A stretch of DNA of 64,000 bases, taken from an uncultured virus (IMG/VR IMGVR_UViG_3300035704_000005) (lineage: Duplodnaviria > Heunggongvirae > Uroviricota > Caudoviricetes). The translations under genes were made by a program, and so were the position numbers. The notes under the pieces are model-generated. The model made no database searches and had not been told where the DNA came from. It worked only from the letters and a program-made list of their open reading frames with translations. The DNA is taken from the IMG/VR virus record IMGVR_UViG_3300035704_000005; one strand, written 5' to 3'. Shown here piece after piece: positions 25,876-35,232 of this stretch (position 1 is its first letter; every line of letters begins with the position of its first letter).

Positions 25876-26103
25876 TCATTTCTGTCCTCGCTCACGCCAC
25901 AGAATTATGAGAGTAATAGGCCACAACACAGAGGCCCACCACAGCATGGCTATTTCCATAACACCAGTCAGCTTCGGTAGGCCGTTGCGTTCGAGACTAT
26001 CTGCGGTGAGCTGCAGTATTTCTTTGGTGGCAGTCTTGGCCATAAGGCGTTCGGCTAAGATGATGCCAATCACCGACCAGATTATAATACCCCAAAACAC
26101 CAT
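25876..26103 (-). CDS. small membrane protein
   Basis: Two hydrophobic segments. Confidence 0.6.
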   Translation of the reverse strand: MVFWGIIIWSVIGIILAERLMAKTATKEILQLTADSLERNGLPKLTGVMEIAMLWWASVLWPITLIILWRERGQK

Positions 26104-26105
26104 AG

Positions 26106-26306
26106 CTATCTCTCTTCGTAGGAACGGTGGCGTTCCCGCCAGTGAAGGGCTATGGCGCGGAAGCCCGCAGTCCGGTCAATGCGGAAGCCATGGCCTTTGC
26201 AGTCTTGGAAGTTGCAATTCCATTCCCAGCCGGTACCTGGCCGAGGATGCACCGACCCAAGAACATGCACAGGCACACACATGAATTGAGCGTCTGGTTT
26301 GTTCAT
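26106..26306 (-). CDS. small Zn-finger-like protein
   Basis: W.C...C...A..HW..H. Confidence 0.5.
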   Translation of the reverse strand: MNKPDAQFMCVPVHVLGSVHPRPGTGWEWNCNFQDCKGHGFRIDRTAGFRAIALHWRERHRSYEER

Positions 26307-26415
26307 AGCCCTAACCCCAGCATCCACATAGCGACGCAGATAAACATCAACGATCGCACAGGCGTGAGCCACGCCGGTAACCCTGCTTCGATGCGATAAC
26401 CGACCTCGGCTAGCG

Positions 26416-26808
26416 TCATGCCCCAACTCCTAACTTAAATGGTGACACAGGAATTTTACGTTTCTGGGCTTCCTCCATGCAGTTGCGTGTGCCACCCGAG
26501 TTGTTGAGGTTGAAAGCCAGGCACTTGTACACGTCGGGCAGGGCGGCCATCTCGGCATTGCGCCGAAAGCCCGCAGGCTTGCCGTAGAGGTCCCAGCGCG
26601 CCGGGTGTCGCTCTACAGCGCCTCCCCAACTCTCCCAGAGCCACTCACAGATGTAGTCGGCCCCCGGCGTGCCGTCCGGCCTCGGAGGGCAGTTGCCGGA
26701 CACCAGCACGGCCGTGCCGTTCGTGACCAGCCACTCGGCCGACAGAGCGAATTGGGGAATAGCCCAGTTGTTCCACCACCGTGAGCCGGTAATCAGGAGG
26801 CGCCGCAT
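26416..26808 (-). CDS. SLOG superfamily (YspA/DUF2493-like) protein
   Basis: LLITGSR, GAD, HPARW..GK.AG..RN.EM, AF...SGGT..M. Confidence 0.85.
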   Translation of the reverse strand: MRRLLITGSRWWNNWAIPQFALSAEWLVTNGTAVLVSGNCPPRPDGTPGADYICEWLWESWGGAVERHPARWDLYGKPAGFRRNAEMAALPDVYKCLAFNLNNSGGTRNCMEEAQKRKIPVSPFKLGVGA

Positions 26809-27320
26809 CAAGACCTCAGCGCGGCGAACACCTCGGCATGCTCGCCTTTCCATTGCTGCCACCGCGACGCGGGCTTAAGACCCGTGGTTTGCTCACGATC
26901 GAGCACAGCCAGCAAACTAAGCGGTTCGGCGTCCCATTGCGGCACGAAATCACAGCCGCTTCGCCAGGAAGCTTTCCGGTAGCCCCAGCCGCCATGAGGG
27001 TATTTGATAAGGATCCGGCCGTTGGCGGCTCCGTCAACATCAAACGGCCGGTCAGCCATTTGCTTTATCCAGCCTGGGTTGTGCCAGTAATCTAGATAGG
27101 CTTGGTGATAAGAAGCCACAGCACGCAATTCGTCATCAGTCGGCAGTAGGCCGTGCCATAGGTGCGGTTCTCGGCTCACGACTACTGCCGTTATGTAGCA
27201 CCAGCTTGGGTACGGGCAGCCAATCAAGGGGATGCGCAACTCGATAGCCAACTCAGTGCACATAAGGCCGCCAAGCTCTCGCCTCTTGAATTCGTCCATA
27301 CTCATCGGCTCGATTCGCAT
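26808..27320 (-). CDS. hypothetical protein
   Basis: 170 aa, GAGG SD, TGATG overlap. Confidence 0.7.
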   Translation of the reverse strand: MRIEPMSMDEFKRRELGGLMCTELAIELRIPLIGCPYPSWCYITAVVVSREPHLWHGLLPTDDELRAVASYHQAYLDYWHNPGWIKQMADRPFDVDGAANGRILIKYPHGGWGYRKASWRSGCDFVPQWDAEPLSLLAVLDREQTTGLKPASRWQQWKGEHAEVFAALRS

Positions 27321-27328
27321 CTCAACCT

Positions 27329-27688
27329 CTACAGATCGTGGGTTGCGTCGAGAGCTTCGGCGATGTTCAGGAACGTGGCGCCGGAGTCGTTCATTGTTCC
27401 TATGCGCTGCTGCACACCTTCCTCAACAGAATTTACCGGAGTGATTCCTGCCCACTCAGCTACCTCATCAGGCAAGTAATGCTTGCTGCCGAGGTAGGTG
27501 GAGAAACGATGCCCATCTCGCTCTTCATCTTTCCACTCACCAAGCCCGGACATCTCACACAGGATACCTAGGCAACAATACATCCATACTTTTTTGGTAC
27601 TATCCCATGAACGGAGCTGGCCGCTGCCTTGTGCGAATTCACCAGATCTGAGATTAACTTGCCAAGCTGCTTTGATGTCTTGCTTCAT
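27329..27688 (-). CDS. conserved-type phage protein (W..LRSG..Q..G.L / CCLG.LC / MND.G.F..IA)
   Basis: Motif pattern recognised by eye; AGGAG SD. Confidence 0.75.
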   Translation of the reverse strand: MKQDIKAAWQVNLRSGEFAQGSGQLRSWDSTKKVWMYCCLGILCEMSGLGEWKDEERDGHRFSTYLGSKHYLPDEVAEWAGITPVNSVEEGVQQRIGTMNDSGATFLNIAEALDATHDL

Positions 27689-27936
27689 GCTCCTGCTCCT
27701 TGCTCATTGAGGGGTTTCAGCTGTAGGTGTATCTCTCCACCATGCTGAGCGGTCTTGCAGCGCCAGCGAGCGCCACTTTCGGACGTGTTGAGAGCTTGGG
27801 CCAGCTGAGGCCAGGTGGCTCCTGCCTGCCGGGCTGCCAGCAACGCGCGTTGGTACTCCGTGACAGCCCTAGCCAGCTCACGCGCCCGTGCGGTCACGGT
27901 CGTAAGGTACTGGTCTGAGGTTTGCTTCTCAGCCAT
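27685..27936 (-). CDS. small HTH DNA-binding protein
   Basis: ARQAGATWPQLAQALNTSESGARWR. Confidence 0.7.
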   Translation of the reverse strand: MAEKQTSDQYLTTVTARARELARAVTEYQRALLAARQAGATWPQLAQALNTSESGARWRCKTAQHGGEIHLQLKPLNEQGAGA

Positions 27937-28134
27937 TTAGATCTCGTCATCCTTAGCCAACTTAAGGAAGCCTTCGATGGCATCAGCGATTCGAGCAAAT
28001 TGGGTTTCGAGGGCCAGCAACGCTGCCGCGGTAGCAGCCGAGGGGTTCTCAGCCACAAGATTGAGGTTTGCTATTTCGACATGATGGGCGCGCTCAGCTG
28101 CGTAATCAGGCCGTCCACGTTTGATAGTTCTCAC
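27937..28134 (-). CDS. hypothetical protein
   Basis: AAGGAG SD, GTGA overlap. Confidence 0.6.
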   Translation of the reverse strand: MRTIKRGRPDYAAERAHHVEIANLNLVAENPSAATAAALLALETQFARIADAIEGFLKLAKDDEI

Positions 28135-28364
28135 TCGTCGTCTCCTTCGTCGTCCAGATCAACACCAGCCTCTTTGGCAATCTTGGCAAATTCCTCTTGC
28201 GCTGTGTGGTAAGTCGCGGCCACGGCCCGCAGTTGCCGCCATGCATCCTTGACACTGCCCGGCAGTTCGTACTCCGTGGCATCAAGACCATAGTCGATAG
28301 CTCCGGATATGCCGCCTTCCCATTGAATTTTGCTAATGAAATCCGAAGATGGTTTAAGGGTCAC
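28131..28364 (-). CDS. hypothetical protein
   Basis: KIQWEGGI..A.DYGL pattern. Confidence 0.65.
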   Translation of the reverse strand: MTLKPSSDFISKIQWEGGISGAIDYGLDATEYELPGSVKDAWRQLRAVAATYHTAQEEFAKIAKEAGVDLDDEGDDE

Positions 28365-28531
28365 GGATTTGCTTCTTTCTGATCTAAGTCTCTCTGGGTG
28401 GTCTCACAAGCAGCGATGAACGCCGGTAGATTCGGCAAAATGGATGTCTCGCAAATGTCGATAGGGTACTCATTCCTGCTGAGCAGGTCGGAGATGTCGT
28501 AGGCCAGTATCTCCCAATCAGCTTTATTCAT
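28361..28531 (-). CDS. small hypothetical protein (not in ORF track)
   Basis: MNKADWEILAYDISDLL..., GGAAGG SD. Confidence 0.55.
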   Translation of the reverse strand: MNKADWEILAYDISDLLSRNEYPIDICETSILPNLPAFIAACETTQRDLDQKEANP

Positions 28532-28545
28532 TGCCCTTCCTTCCT

Positions 28546-28686
28546 CTACCTAGATTGAACGGCATCAACAAGGGCCAATATCGCATGAATCTGCGCCATA
28601 GCAGCTATCACATGCGGGTCTGTGGTCGTATCTTCATTAATCTCGATTAGACTGAGTAAACCTTCAGCTTCGTCTCTGTGACTCAT
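28546..28686 (-). CDS. small hypothetical protein (not in ORF track)
   Basis: MSHRDEAEGLL...AMAQIHAILALVDAVQSR; AAGGAAAGG SD. Confidence 0.6.
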   Translation of the reverse strand: MSHRDEAEGLLSLIEINEDTTTDPHVIAAMAQIHAILALVDAVQSR

Positions 28687-28704
28687 TGCCTTTCCTTCCT
28701 TTCA

Positions 28705-28896
28705 GGAGAGCTGCCCGCCAGAGTCGAACATGGCGTTCCTGCTACGTGATTCAGGCTATCTACCCGCGGCAGCGTGGGTGCCCCGCTGAGCGGGGCTGTT
28801 GGGGGTCTTTAGCCCCCGGTCGCATCGGTCTCACCTTGCCTTTCGTCTTCGCCCTCAGCAGCAAGCCAGTCGGCCCTGTCCGGGCGCCTGCTGCTT
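28705..28896 (-). ncRNA. candidate structured RNA (multi-branch, T-loop-containing)
   Basis: Intergenic; a 10-bp leading stem, then a closing stem enclosing six hairpins, one with GTTCGACTC. Structure inferred by hand only. Confidence 0.5.
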
Positions 28897-29071
28897 AAAC
28901 CGAAGCACTCTCCTGGGCCAGAGCCTCGGCTATCTCACTCGGCCGATAGAAGCTGATTTCTCGCTCTAGCAATTTGACTCTGCTGATCAGCCAGCCCGCA
29001 TCAAAGCTCTGCACACAATGGTCTGTGCGAAAATGCTGCTCGATGACGGCAAACCGTTGTGCGTCCGTCAC
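28895..29071 (-). CDS. small protein with D.GWLI motif (not in ORF track)
   Basis: MTDAQRFAVIEQ...FDAGWLISRVKLLERE; GTGA overlap. Confidence 0.6.
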   Translation of the reverse strand: MTDAQRFAVIEQHFRTDHCVQSFDAGWLISRVKLLEREISFYRPSEIAEALAQESASV

Positions 29072-29250
29072 AGCTCTACCGCCTTATACTCGACGCTATC
29101 GCCGGTCTTGATCTCTCGGCCGTTAAAAAGATCCATGAGATCACAACCATCCGACCAGATGCCACACACTTTGATAAAACCTATGTGCTGGCCATTATGG
29201 AAAACCCGGTAATGGCCAGGCTCTAGGTTGTGAGGGAGTTTACTCTCCAT
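29068..29250 (-). CDS. hypothetical protein
   Basis: MESKLPHNLEPG..., coupled. Confidence 0.55.
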   Translation of the reverse strand: MESKLPHNLEPGHYRVFHNGQHIGFIKVCGIWSDGCDLMDLFNGREIKTGDSVEYKAVEL

Positions 29251-29524
29251 GGTAAACCGCGACGATAACTGTGGGCTTGTCATAGGCACCAAGCTCGGTC
29301 TTGCCCAGCAACTGCACATGCGAGATGCGCGGGTCCAACCAAACGTGCCGATCCGATTTACCGGCGGCATCACTGGCCGTGAAACGCGCGGCCTGCTCAG
29401 TTTCAGCAACAATCACAAACTCGCCCGTTGTGCCGTGACCGTAGTCATCCTTGCGGGTCAGGTGCCAAATCTTGTATGAACGTCGGCGCGAGGGGGCTTC
29501 TGTAGCTGTGGTCTCTTCGGACAT
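29240..29524 (-). CDS. hypothetical phage protein
   Basis: FVIVAETEQAAR..A pattern; GGGAG SD. Confidence 0.7.
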   Translation of the reverse strand: MSEETTATEAPSRRRSYKIWHLTRKDDYGHGTTGEFVIVAETEQAARFTASDAAGKSDRHVWLDPRISHVQLLGKTELGAYDKPTVIVAVYHGE

Positions 29525-29556
29525 TTCCCTGACTCCCTGATTTCGTTTCCTTCAAC

Positions 29557-29594
29557 CTGTCTAGCTCGACAGTACGGCCTGTCTAGCTCGACAG
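29557..29594. promoter_or_regulatory. tandem operator CTGTCTAGCTCGACAG x2
   Basis: Identical 16-mers at 29557 and 29579 (22-bp spacing), upstream of the leftward gene. Confidence 0.7.
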
Positions 29595-29616
29595 GCAATA
29601 CCCCAAACGGGTGACA

Positions 29617-29820
29617 CTAGATATGCAGCTGGCCACCTTGCTCTAGCTCTTCGATACGATCTTCGGCCCGTGCCGCGCACCACCCAAGCGAGGTAGACAT
29701 AACTAGAGATGTGCTCTCGACCTGCTTGCCGCGAAATATGGAGGCCAAAGCCCGCAGCTCAGCAATAGCTGCCCGGCGGCCGAGGTTGTCAGGAGGCGGA
29801 GGAGTGAAGAGATCAGGCAT
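29617..29820 (-). CDS. hypothetical protein
   Basis: MPDLFTPPPPD..., AAGGGG SD. Confidence 0.55.
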   Translation of the reverse strand: MPDLFTPPPPDNLGRRAAIAELRALASIFRGKQVESTSLVMSTSLGWCAARAEDRIEELEQGGQLHI

Positions 29821-30099
29821 CTCAGATACCCCTTCCGCAGTGATAGCATTTATCTCCCCAGAATCCCGACTCTGCCCAAGCACCTGTGCACGCGGGATAA
29901 TCCCGATAGTGCCGTGCCATATTCGCAGCAGCTTGGTGGTCTACCTCACCAGTTGGCGGCCCGTAACTGCCGGGAGGTGGCTGCTTTGCACTATGGCCTC
30001 CGAGTAAAAACCCAAACATCACGAAGCCAGGTTGAGTGCCATGCAGCCAAGCCACAACACGATCAGTAGCCCGATTACCTTTCCTATCTTCTCCATCAG

Positions 30100-31152
30100 C
30101 TATTCTCCTGTCTTGCGTTCGACGTAATCGGCGATTTTATTTAGGCGCACCCCTCTATCATTCATATCAATGACATCCTTGATAAGTCGTTTTCCGTACT
30201 TGTCATTGACGGTGTACCAAGACCCGTGCCTGTCACCTCGGTTATCTTTAGGCTTCCAGCCCTTCGGATCTACCTCTTGCAGCAACCAGCTCACAGCGCA
30301 CTTAGCTTCGCTATGGATGTCCTGCTCGAAGGTGGCAAGACTTGGATCGGTGTGCACACCCTGCCATCTGCCAATAGATTGCTCAGAATTAGGATCCCGC
30401 ATCCTGGCCAGCCAACGGCTAGTCAAATCATCAGTCTGCCGGTGCTCAGGCTTAAGCCCTCCCCACCAGTAATAACGCTCAGCCCGGACGTCGGCAGCCT
30501 CAGCTTGGACCTCGGCCCTATCTTCTGGATCTTCGATCGGATCCGTCTGAGGTACTGGCTGCTTCAGTTCTTTGCCGGTGAGCCAGTGATGGCGCCTTAG
30601 CTCTGTAGCAGGCGTGGGCGGCTTGGCAGCCCGGACCGTAGGCGCCACGAAGCCCGGCGGGTGAACGTCCGGCTCAACGTGCTGAGGGGCTGTCTGGTAG
30701 CCCTTCCCCAGAGCTATCCCGATGCCGCTCACCAAGACCAAGAGCACGAGTGCGGGCAAGGCCCACATAGCCACGAGCGCAGCTACCGCCTCAACGAGCG
30801 CGATGGCGCCCAGCACCACACCTACAGCCGCCCCGGTACCTACAGCGGCAACCAAAGCCCAGCGGATCCGCACCCAAGCTATTGGAGACAGCCTAGGCAG
30901 CTTTCGAGTCTTCCGCGGTGTCTTCGTAGCCGCGGGAACACTAAACTCCGCTGGTCTGAGAAACACCTCGACACGTACTCGGCCGTCTGCGATATCTACC
31001 GGCGCCTGTGCGTAAGGCACCAACCGACCATCATTCTTGATGTTGATCAGCGTGACATAGATATCATCCCAACGACCTTCGAGCGTCGCGCTCGTCCGAC
31101 CGCGGGGAGTGATAGTGACCTCGGTTAAGCCGCCTGGCTGAAGAGAAGTCAT
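30100..31152 (-). CDS. membrane protein whose C-terminal domain resembles the 27329 protein
   Basis: Two TM helices; C-terminal RWLARMRD...Q..G...KCAV..L...MNDRG..L..IADYVE. Confidence 0.75.
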   Translation of the reverse strand: MTSLQPGGLTEVTITPRGRTSATLEGRWDDIYVTLINIKNDGRLVPYAQAPVDIADGRVRVEVFLRPAEFSVPAATKTPRKTRKLPRLSPIAWVRIRWALVAAVGTGAAVGVVLGAIALVEAVAALVAMWALPALVLLVLVSGIGIALGKGYQTAPQHVEPDVHPPGFVAPTVRAAKPPTPATELRRHHWLTGKELKQPVPQTDPIEDPEDRAEVQAEAADVRAERYYWWGGLKPEHRQTDDLTSRWLARMRDPNSEQSIGRWQGVHTDPSLATFEQDIHSEAKCAVSWLLQEVDPKGWKPKDNRGDRHGSWYTVNDKYGKRLIKDVIDMNDRGVRLNKIADYVERKTGE

Positions 31153-31159
31153 CGATTCT

Positions 31160-31645
31160 TTACCTCCTTCTCGGATCGTAACCGTGCCTAGATTTAGTCA
31201 AAGCGCCGAGGAATACGAAACCCCCGACTACTATGGCTACCAGCGTCATACCGATAGCAAACGCATTCGCGATAACCGCGGTAACTACGGCATACAGTGC
31301 GATACCCAGGCAAATGAAAATAACCCCTACGATTGCGGCAGCCCCGAATAGCCCAAGACCCCGCGTGTAGGCGCTTCGCATCCACAATGGGTAGATGGTT
31401 GAGGATTGGGTCGGCGCACTGTAGGGCATTACACCTGTGGGTGTTAGAACATGTGGCTCACCGTTGTAATTGAAAGCACCTTGCGGCAAACGGTGCTGCA
31501 AGCTGTTGTCTTGGACGGCCAGCTCTCCACTTCGTTGCTGACCAGCCGAGGCAAGTACGTACTGCTCACCATTGACAATCATAGTGAGCGGCACCGCGGA
31601 TACCGGATCCTGAGGCGGCCGGTACCGGTCTAGTGGATTGATCAA
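31160..31645 (-). CDS. membrane protein (SpdD-like architecture)
   Basis: Pro/Gln-rich N-terminus, two C-terminal TM helices; GGGAGG SD. Confidence 0.7.
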   Translation of the reverse strand: MINPLDRYRPPQDPVSAVPLTMIVNGEQYVLASAGQQRSGELAVQDNSLQHRLPQGAFNYNGEPHVLTPTGVMPYSAPTQSSTIYPLWMRSAYTRGLGLFGAAAIVGVIFICLGIALYAVVTAVIANAFAIGMTLVAIVVGGFVFLGALTKSRHGYDPRRR

Positions 31646-31860
31646 CGGTGATGCCTCCCTCCATGCGTCGGTTCAAATGTGTAGTAGATAATCATGCACA
31701 CCAGCATCCAAGGAATAGCTACAGCCGGTAGTGCGTACTGAGTAGGGTCGTACTCGTTTTTGGCCACACATCCGATCAATAGCAATATCCCGATAGAGAT
31801 GCCCCAAAGCAGGGTAGTTCGTATCAAGTCCTTTCTCCTTCCATTTTTTGAAAATACCAC
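31642..31860 (-). CDS. small membrane protein
   Basis: Two TM segments. Confidence 0.55.
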   Translation of the reverse strand: MVFSKNGRRKDLIRTTLLWGISIGILLLIGCVAKNEYDPTQYALPAVAIPWMLVCMIIYYTFEPTHGGRHHR

Positions 31861-32027
31861 GATGTTCCATCGCCACGAACGCAGTACCCATCCACCTGAG
31901 CAGTAGGAGTTGGCCGGTATATTTCTAGGCGTTTGTATCCCGTTTGGTTTAGCAGCTCGATCAAAGCTTCGGCGACCTTACTGTCTGTCAATTTCTTTCT
32001 CCGTTCTTGCGTCGGCATTCCCGACAA
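31824..32027 (-). CDS. hypothetical protein
   Basis: GGAGGT SD upstream. Confidence 0.5.
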   Translation of the reverse strand: MSGMPTQERRKKLTDSKVAEALIELLNQTGYKRLEIYRPTPTAQVDGYCVRGDGTSWYFQKMEGERT

Positions 32028-32176
32028 GTAGCGTGATTACCTCCAGAAGGAGAGCCCTGATCCTCGGCTTCATCAAGAATAAGACCACATAGTGTGGTTA
32101 CCGAACGTTTGACTCCCAACCCTACGAAGAAAGCTTGTGTGTTGCTTGTGTAATGGGACATTTTTACCTTTCTCTT

Positions 32177-33151
32177 TTAATTTGCGTATCTTTTACGTTT
32201 GGTTGCCTCGACCACAACCGCGATAGCGGTTAGGAATCCGAGTACCAGACTCACCCAAAACAACACCGTCATCTCGTGCTGGTGGCTGAGCAGTCCCGGA
32301 ATGAGAGCGATGTTGAGCCAGCCGAGGGAGAACCAAATAGCCATGATCTCGAACGGCCCGCCAGCGTAGAACGAAGCCCAGAAAGGCAGCTTCCAGATAT
32401 GGTGAAGCTTAGCGCCGGGCACTCCCATGTGAGTCGGGCAGTCTCCGACGTAATGTAGAAGCATTCCAACACCGACGATAAGGCCCATCCACGGAGCGAG
32501 GACAGTCACAGCGCCAGCCACAGTAAGCCCATAAGCTAAAGCCGCTGCCGCTATCGCAGTGAGCAATTTCCCGGTGCTGAACCGGAATCCCAGCCAGCCC
32601 CAGCCGTATCGGCGTGACTTGGCTACGTGCTTGCGACCGCGCCGCATCAAGAGCGTGAAGGGGTTGAGGTTGAGCAGGCCATAGGCGAGCTTCATCATCA
32701 GGTGGTGGCGCGGCGAGTCATCAAATCGTCCTTGCGTCTCGGCTGGCAGATCGGGGATGGTCAAGCCCCGCGCTGCGAGTGCGAACAGCAAGGCCAGCAC
32801 GCCGGTCACAACCCAGGGGCTCAAGGTGCTGGCCGCCCACACAGCTGCCCCGCAGGCCACCCAGAACGGCCACCAGTGCGTGAGGCCCCGGTGCGCGCCG
32901 TGCTCGTGCTGGTCTGTCGAGATCGCGGCCGAGACGACGTTGTGCAGCTCGATCGCGCCGTAGTGAGCCATCTTCGAGAACGGGCCGAAGGCCGTAGCCG
33001 CGGTGCTGCCCGCGCAATCAATATCCGGCAGAAGACCGGCCCCGGCGCTGGCGAGGCCAAGGGCAATCGTGGCAGCTGGCGGTAGAGACAGAGCATCACC
33101 GACGCTGAGCCCTACCGCCAGGTTGAAACTGCCGTGCCCGTGGCCCATCAT
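32177..33151 (-). CDS. membrane-bound metal-dependent hydrolase (YdjM-like)
   Basis: MG..H, GLLPDID, HRGLTH, H..GD..T..GV; AGGAGG SD. Confidence 0.85.
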   Translation of the reverse strand: MMGHGHGSFNLAVGLSVGDALSLPPAATIALGLASAGAGLLPDIDCAGSTAATAFGPFSKMAHYGAIELHNVVSAAISTDQHEHGAHRGLTHWWPFWVACGAAVWAASTLSPWVVTGVLALLFALAARGLTIPDLPAETQGRFDDSPRHHLMMKLAYGLLNLNPFTLLMRRGRKHVAKSRRYGWGWLGFRFSTGKLLTAIAAAALAYGLTVAGAVTVLAPWMGLIVGVGMLLHYVGDCPTHMGVPGAKLHHIWKLPFWASFYAGGPFEIMAIWFSLGWLNIALIPGLLSHQHEMTVLFWVSLVLGFLTAIAVVVEATKRKRYAN

Positions 33152-33451
33152 TTGGTAAACCTCCTAGCCGCTTGACAACCTGCCATGACAATTAACACAA
33201 CTAGCGTGGTGTAAATGAAACCTACCCACCAGACAAAGTGCCAACAATGATGGGTAGATACTAGACACCACTCGGTCACGGCCGCCCCAATTTCTGATAG
33301 AAAACTTCAAGCCACCGAAGTTCTTTATCAGTTAGGTAACCGTCGAGGGATATATACGTCTCATAAGCATGGATACCCGCATCACAAAAATACTGTTTGC
33401 GAACAACCATTTTGCTCAAAATTGATTCTGCACCTAACGGAGGTACCACAC

Positions 33452-33733
33452 TCATTCCTCCGCCTCCCATGGTCCGGTAGACCGCCAACGGATCTGGCGC
33501 ACCACAGTGCTGCCTGTCTTTGCCGCAGCCATACGCACCACTCCTTCATCACCTGGCCAGTAGTCGCCGTTAGAATCTCGCGTCGCCCACTCTTCTAAGA
33601 TGATGACCGGCCCCGGCGGTAGTGATTTGTCGGTATCCCAAGGGAACGGCCGGTCTAGCTGACGCACGCGCTCCCAATATTCGGCGCCGGACTCCTCTTC
33701 TCCGGGAGTCGGAAAACTAGCAACACTAGACAT
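33452..33733 (-). CDS. hypothetical protein
   Basis: GGAGG SD before MSSVASF. Confidence 0.6.
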   Translation of the reverse strand: MSSVASFPTPGEEESGAEYWERVRQLDRPFPWDTDKSLPPGPVIILEEWATRDSNGDYWPGDEGVVRMAAAKTGSTVVRQIRWRSTGPWEAEE

Positions 33734-33965
33734 TGCTGGGAGCCTCCGCTGTATTGAAATCCCAGACGGATGGATGCTTACGCGTCTCGATGTCGCACAC
33801 ATCCTGTACAGTGCCCTTCTCAACATCAACGGTGCTGTTGTCGGGATCTACCGAGGTGATAGTTACAGAAAGCACATTGCTGCTTCTATCGCGCTCGACA
33901 ACGATAACCCCGTACATCCCCTGGGGATTAACCACTTGCAGGATGTTACGAATCTTGTCTGCCAT
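33726..33965 (-). CDS. hypothetical protein
   Basis: GAGGA SD before MADKIRN. Confidence 0.6.
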   Translation of the reverse strand: MADKIRNILQVVNPQGMYGVIVVERDRSSNVLSVTITSVDPDNSTVDVEKGTVQDVCDIETRKHPSVWDFNTAEAPSNV

Positions 33966-34030
33966 GTGAATCAGTCCTCTTTCTTGGATGTCCCACACTT
34001 GCACGACTTAGATTAAAGCCGCGCGGTATT

Positions 34031-34291
34031 TCACCATTTACCGCCACAGATACAGCCCGCGCCACTATCGATATCGTCCGCAATCTTGATTTCGCCACTA
34101 ACGACGCGCACAGCATCACGAGCCCAGCGGGGCAAGAAGTCTTCAGCATTGCAGTACTCAGTTGCCCGTATGGCAATAGTCTCGTGATCAGCAAGGTCAA
34201 TCTCATCATCATAGATTTCACGCTCATTTGCGGCGGCAGCAACCCATTTACTCGGATCAATATCCCATTCGATGACAGCGCGTACTTTCAT
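34031..34291 (-). CDS. hypothetical protein
   Basis: GGAGG SD, TAATG overlap. Confidence 0.6.
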   Translation of the reverse strand: MKVRAVIEWDIDPSKWVAAAANEREIYDDEIDLADHETIAIRATEYCNAEDFLPRWARDAVRVVSGEIKIADDIDSGAGCICGGKW

Positions 34292-34512
34292 TAGTCTTCC
34301 TCCATTCGCTCCGCTGTGGCCAAGAGGCCAGCAGCCAACTCGCGCAATTTAGCCGGGCTCGTGAATCGAGCTTCACACAATCCGATTGTCACTACCGCAA
34401 GCCCCCCATCGGTATATGCAGCTACCGACACGCCTTGAATGCAGTTGGGGGCCGGATCTGCCCAATCCCTGAACACCCGATTATCTTCACTGAGAGCTAG
34501 CGCTTTAATCAT
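34291..34512 (-). CDS. hypothetical protein
   Basis: AGGAG SD; C-terminal LRELAAGLL.TA. Confidence 0.6.
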   Translation of the reverse strand: MIKALALSEDNRVFRDWADPAPNCIQGVSVAAYTDGGLAVVTIGLCEARFTSPAKLRELAAGLLATAERMEED

Positions 34513-34873
34513 GGCTCAGTCTCCTATGATAACTATCATAACGGCCCCACAAGTAATAGATATCAGACCAATTACAGTACTGCTCGAACCCAGCGTATGA
34601 AGTTCAATTGAAACTGAGCCGAAGAGGAGAATAAGTATGGCCAGGGTTTTTATGCCAAGGTTGTTCACGGCTCGATCCTCTTCCGATCGGTGTACATTAG
34701 GTAGCCGAGGTAGGCAGCAAAGCCGCCCAGAATGAGGAGGGCTCCGATAGCACACAGCACGGTCGGCATATCCCAGGGAAGGCCGTTGCCGGGCACGTCT
34801 GGCGAGCAGACCGGCCAGCGCGCGGCGCGGTAAGTGAAGTCAACCGGGTGGTTGCCAGGAGGGCAAAGCGTGG

Positions 34874-35215
34874 TCACTTGGACCGCCGGGGGCTGGTGCT
34901 GTGTAGGTAGTTGGTGGCCGACCAGACTCCGAAGACTGCGACAAACGCAATGAGGTTGCCTTGGCTGGCGAGCGCAAAAGCGAGGGTCAGGTTGAGGACG
35001 AGACAAACCCAGGTGACCCCACGCTTCCAGGGCTGGACGTTGAGGCCGAAGTAGAGGAAAGAGAAGCGCAGTACGTCCAGCGCGTTGACCGCGTGATGCC
35101 GGACGTTGAGACCGAATGCACTAATTGCGGTGATCATCCGGCGTTCAGCTTTACGAGCTACCGCATGGGCGGTAACCGGCGTTTTGAGCTTCATGACCTC
35201 TCCCGTCTTCAACAT
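34874..35215 (-). CDS. membrane protein
   Basis: Several hydrophobic segments; first gene after the 35261 promoter; true start may be ATG 35194. Confidence 0.6.
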   Translation of the reverse strand: MLKTGEVMKLKTPVTAHAVARKAERRMITAISAFGLNVRHHAVNALDVLRFSFLYFGLNVQPWKRGVTWVCLVLNLTLAFALASQGNLIAFVAVFGVWSATNYLHSTSPRRSK

Positions 35216-35232
35216 GTTAACTTCCTACCATG

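Noticed and set aside
28715..28735. Second tRNA gene at GTTCGACTC
   Set aside because: No D arm, anticodon arm or acceptor stem at tRNA spacing; kept only as part of an ncRNA candidate.
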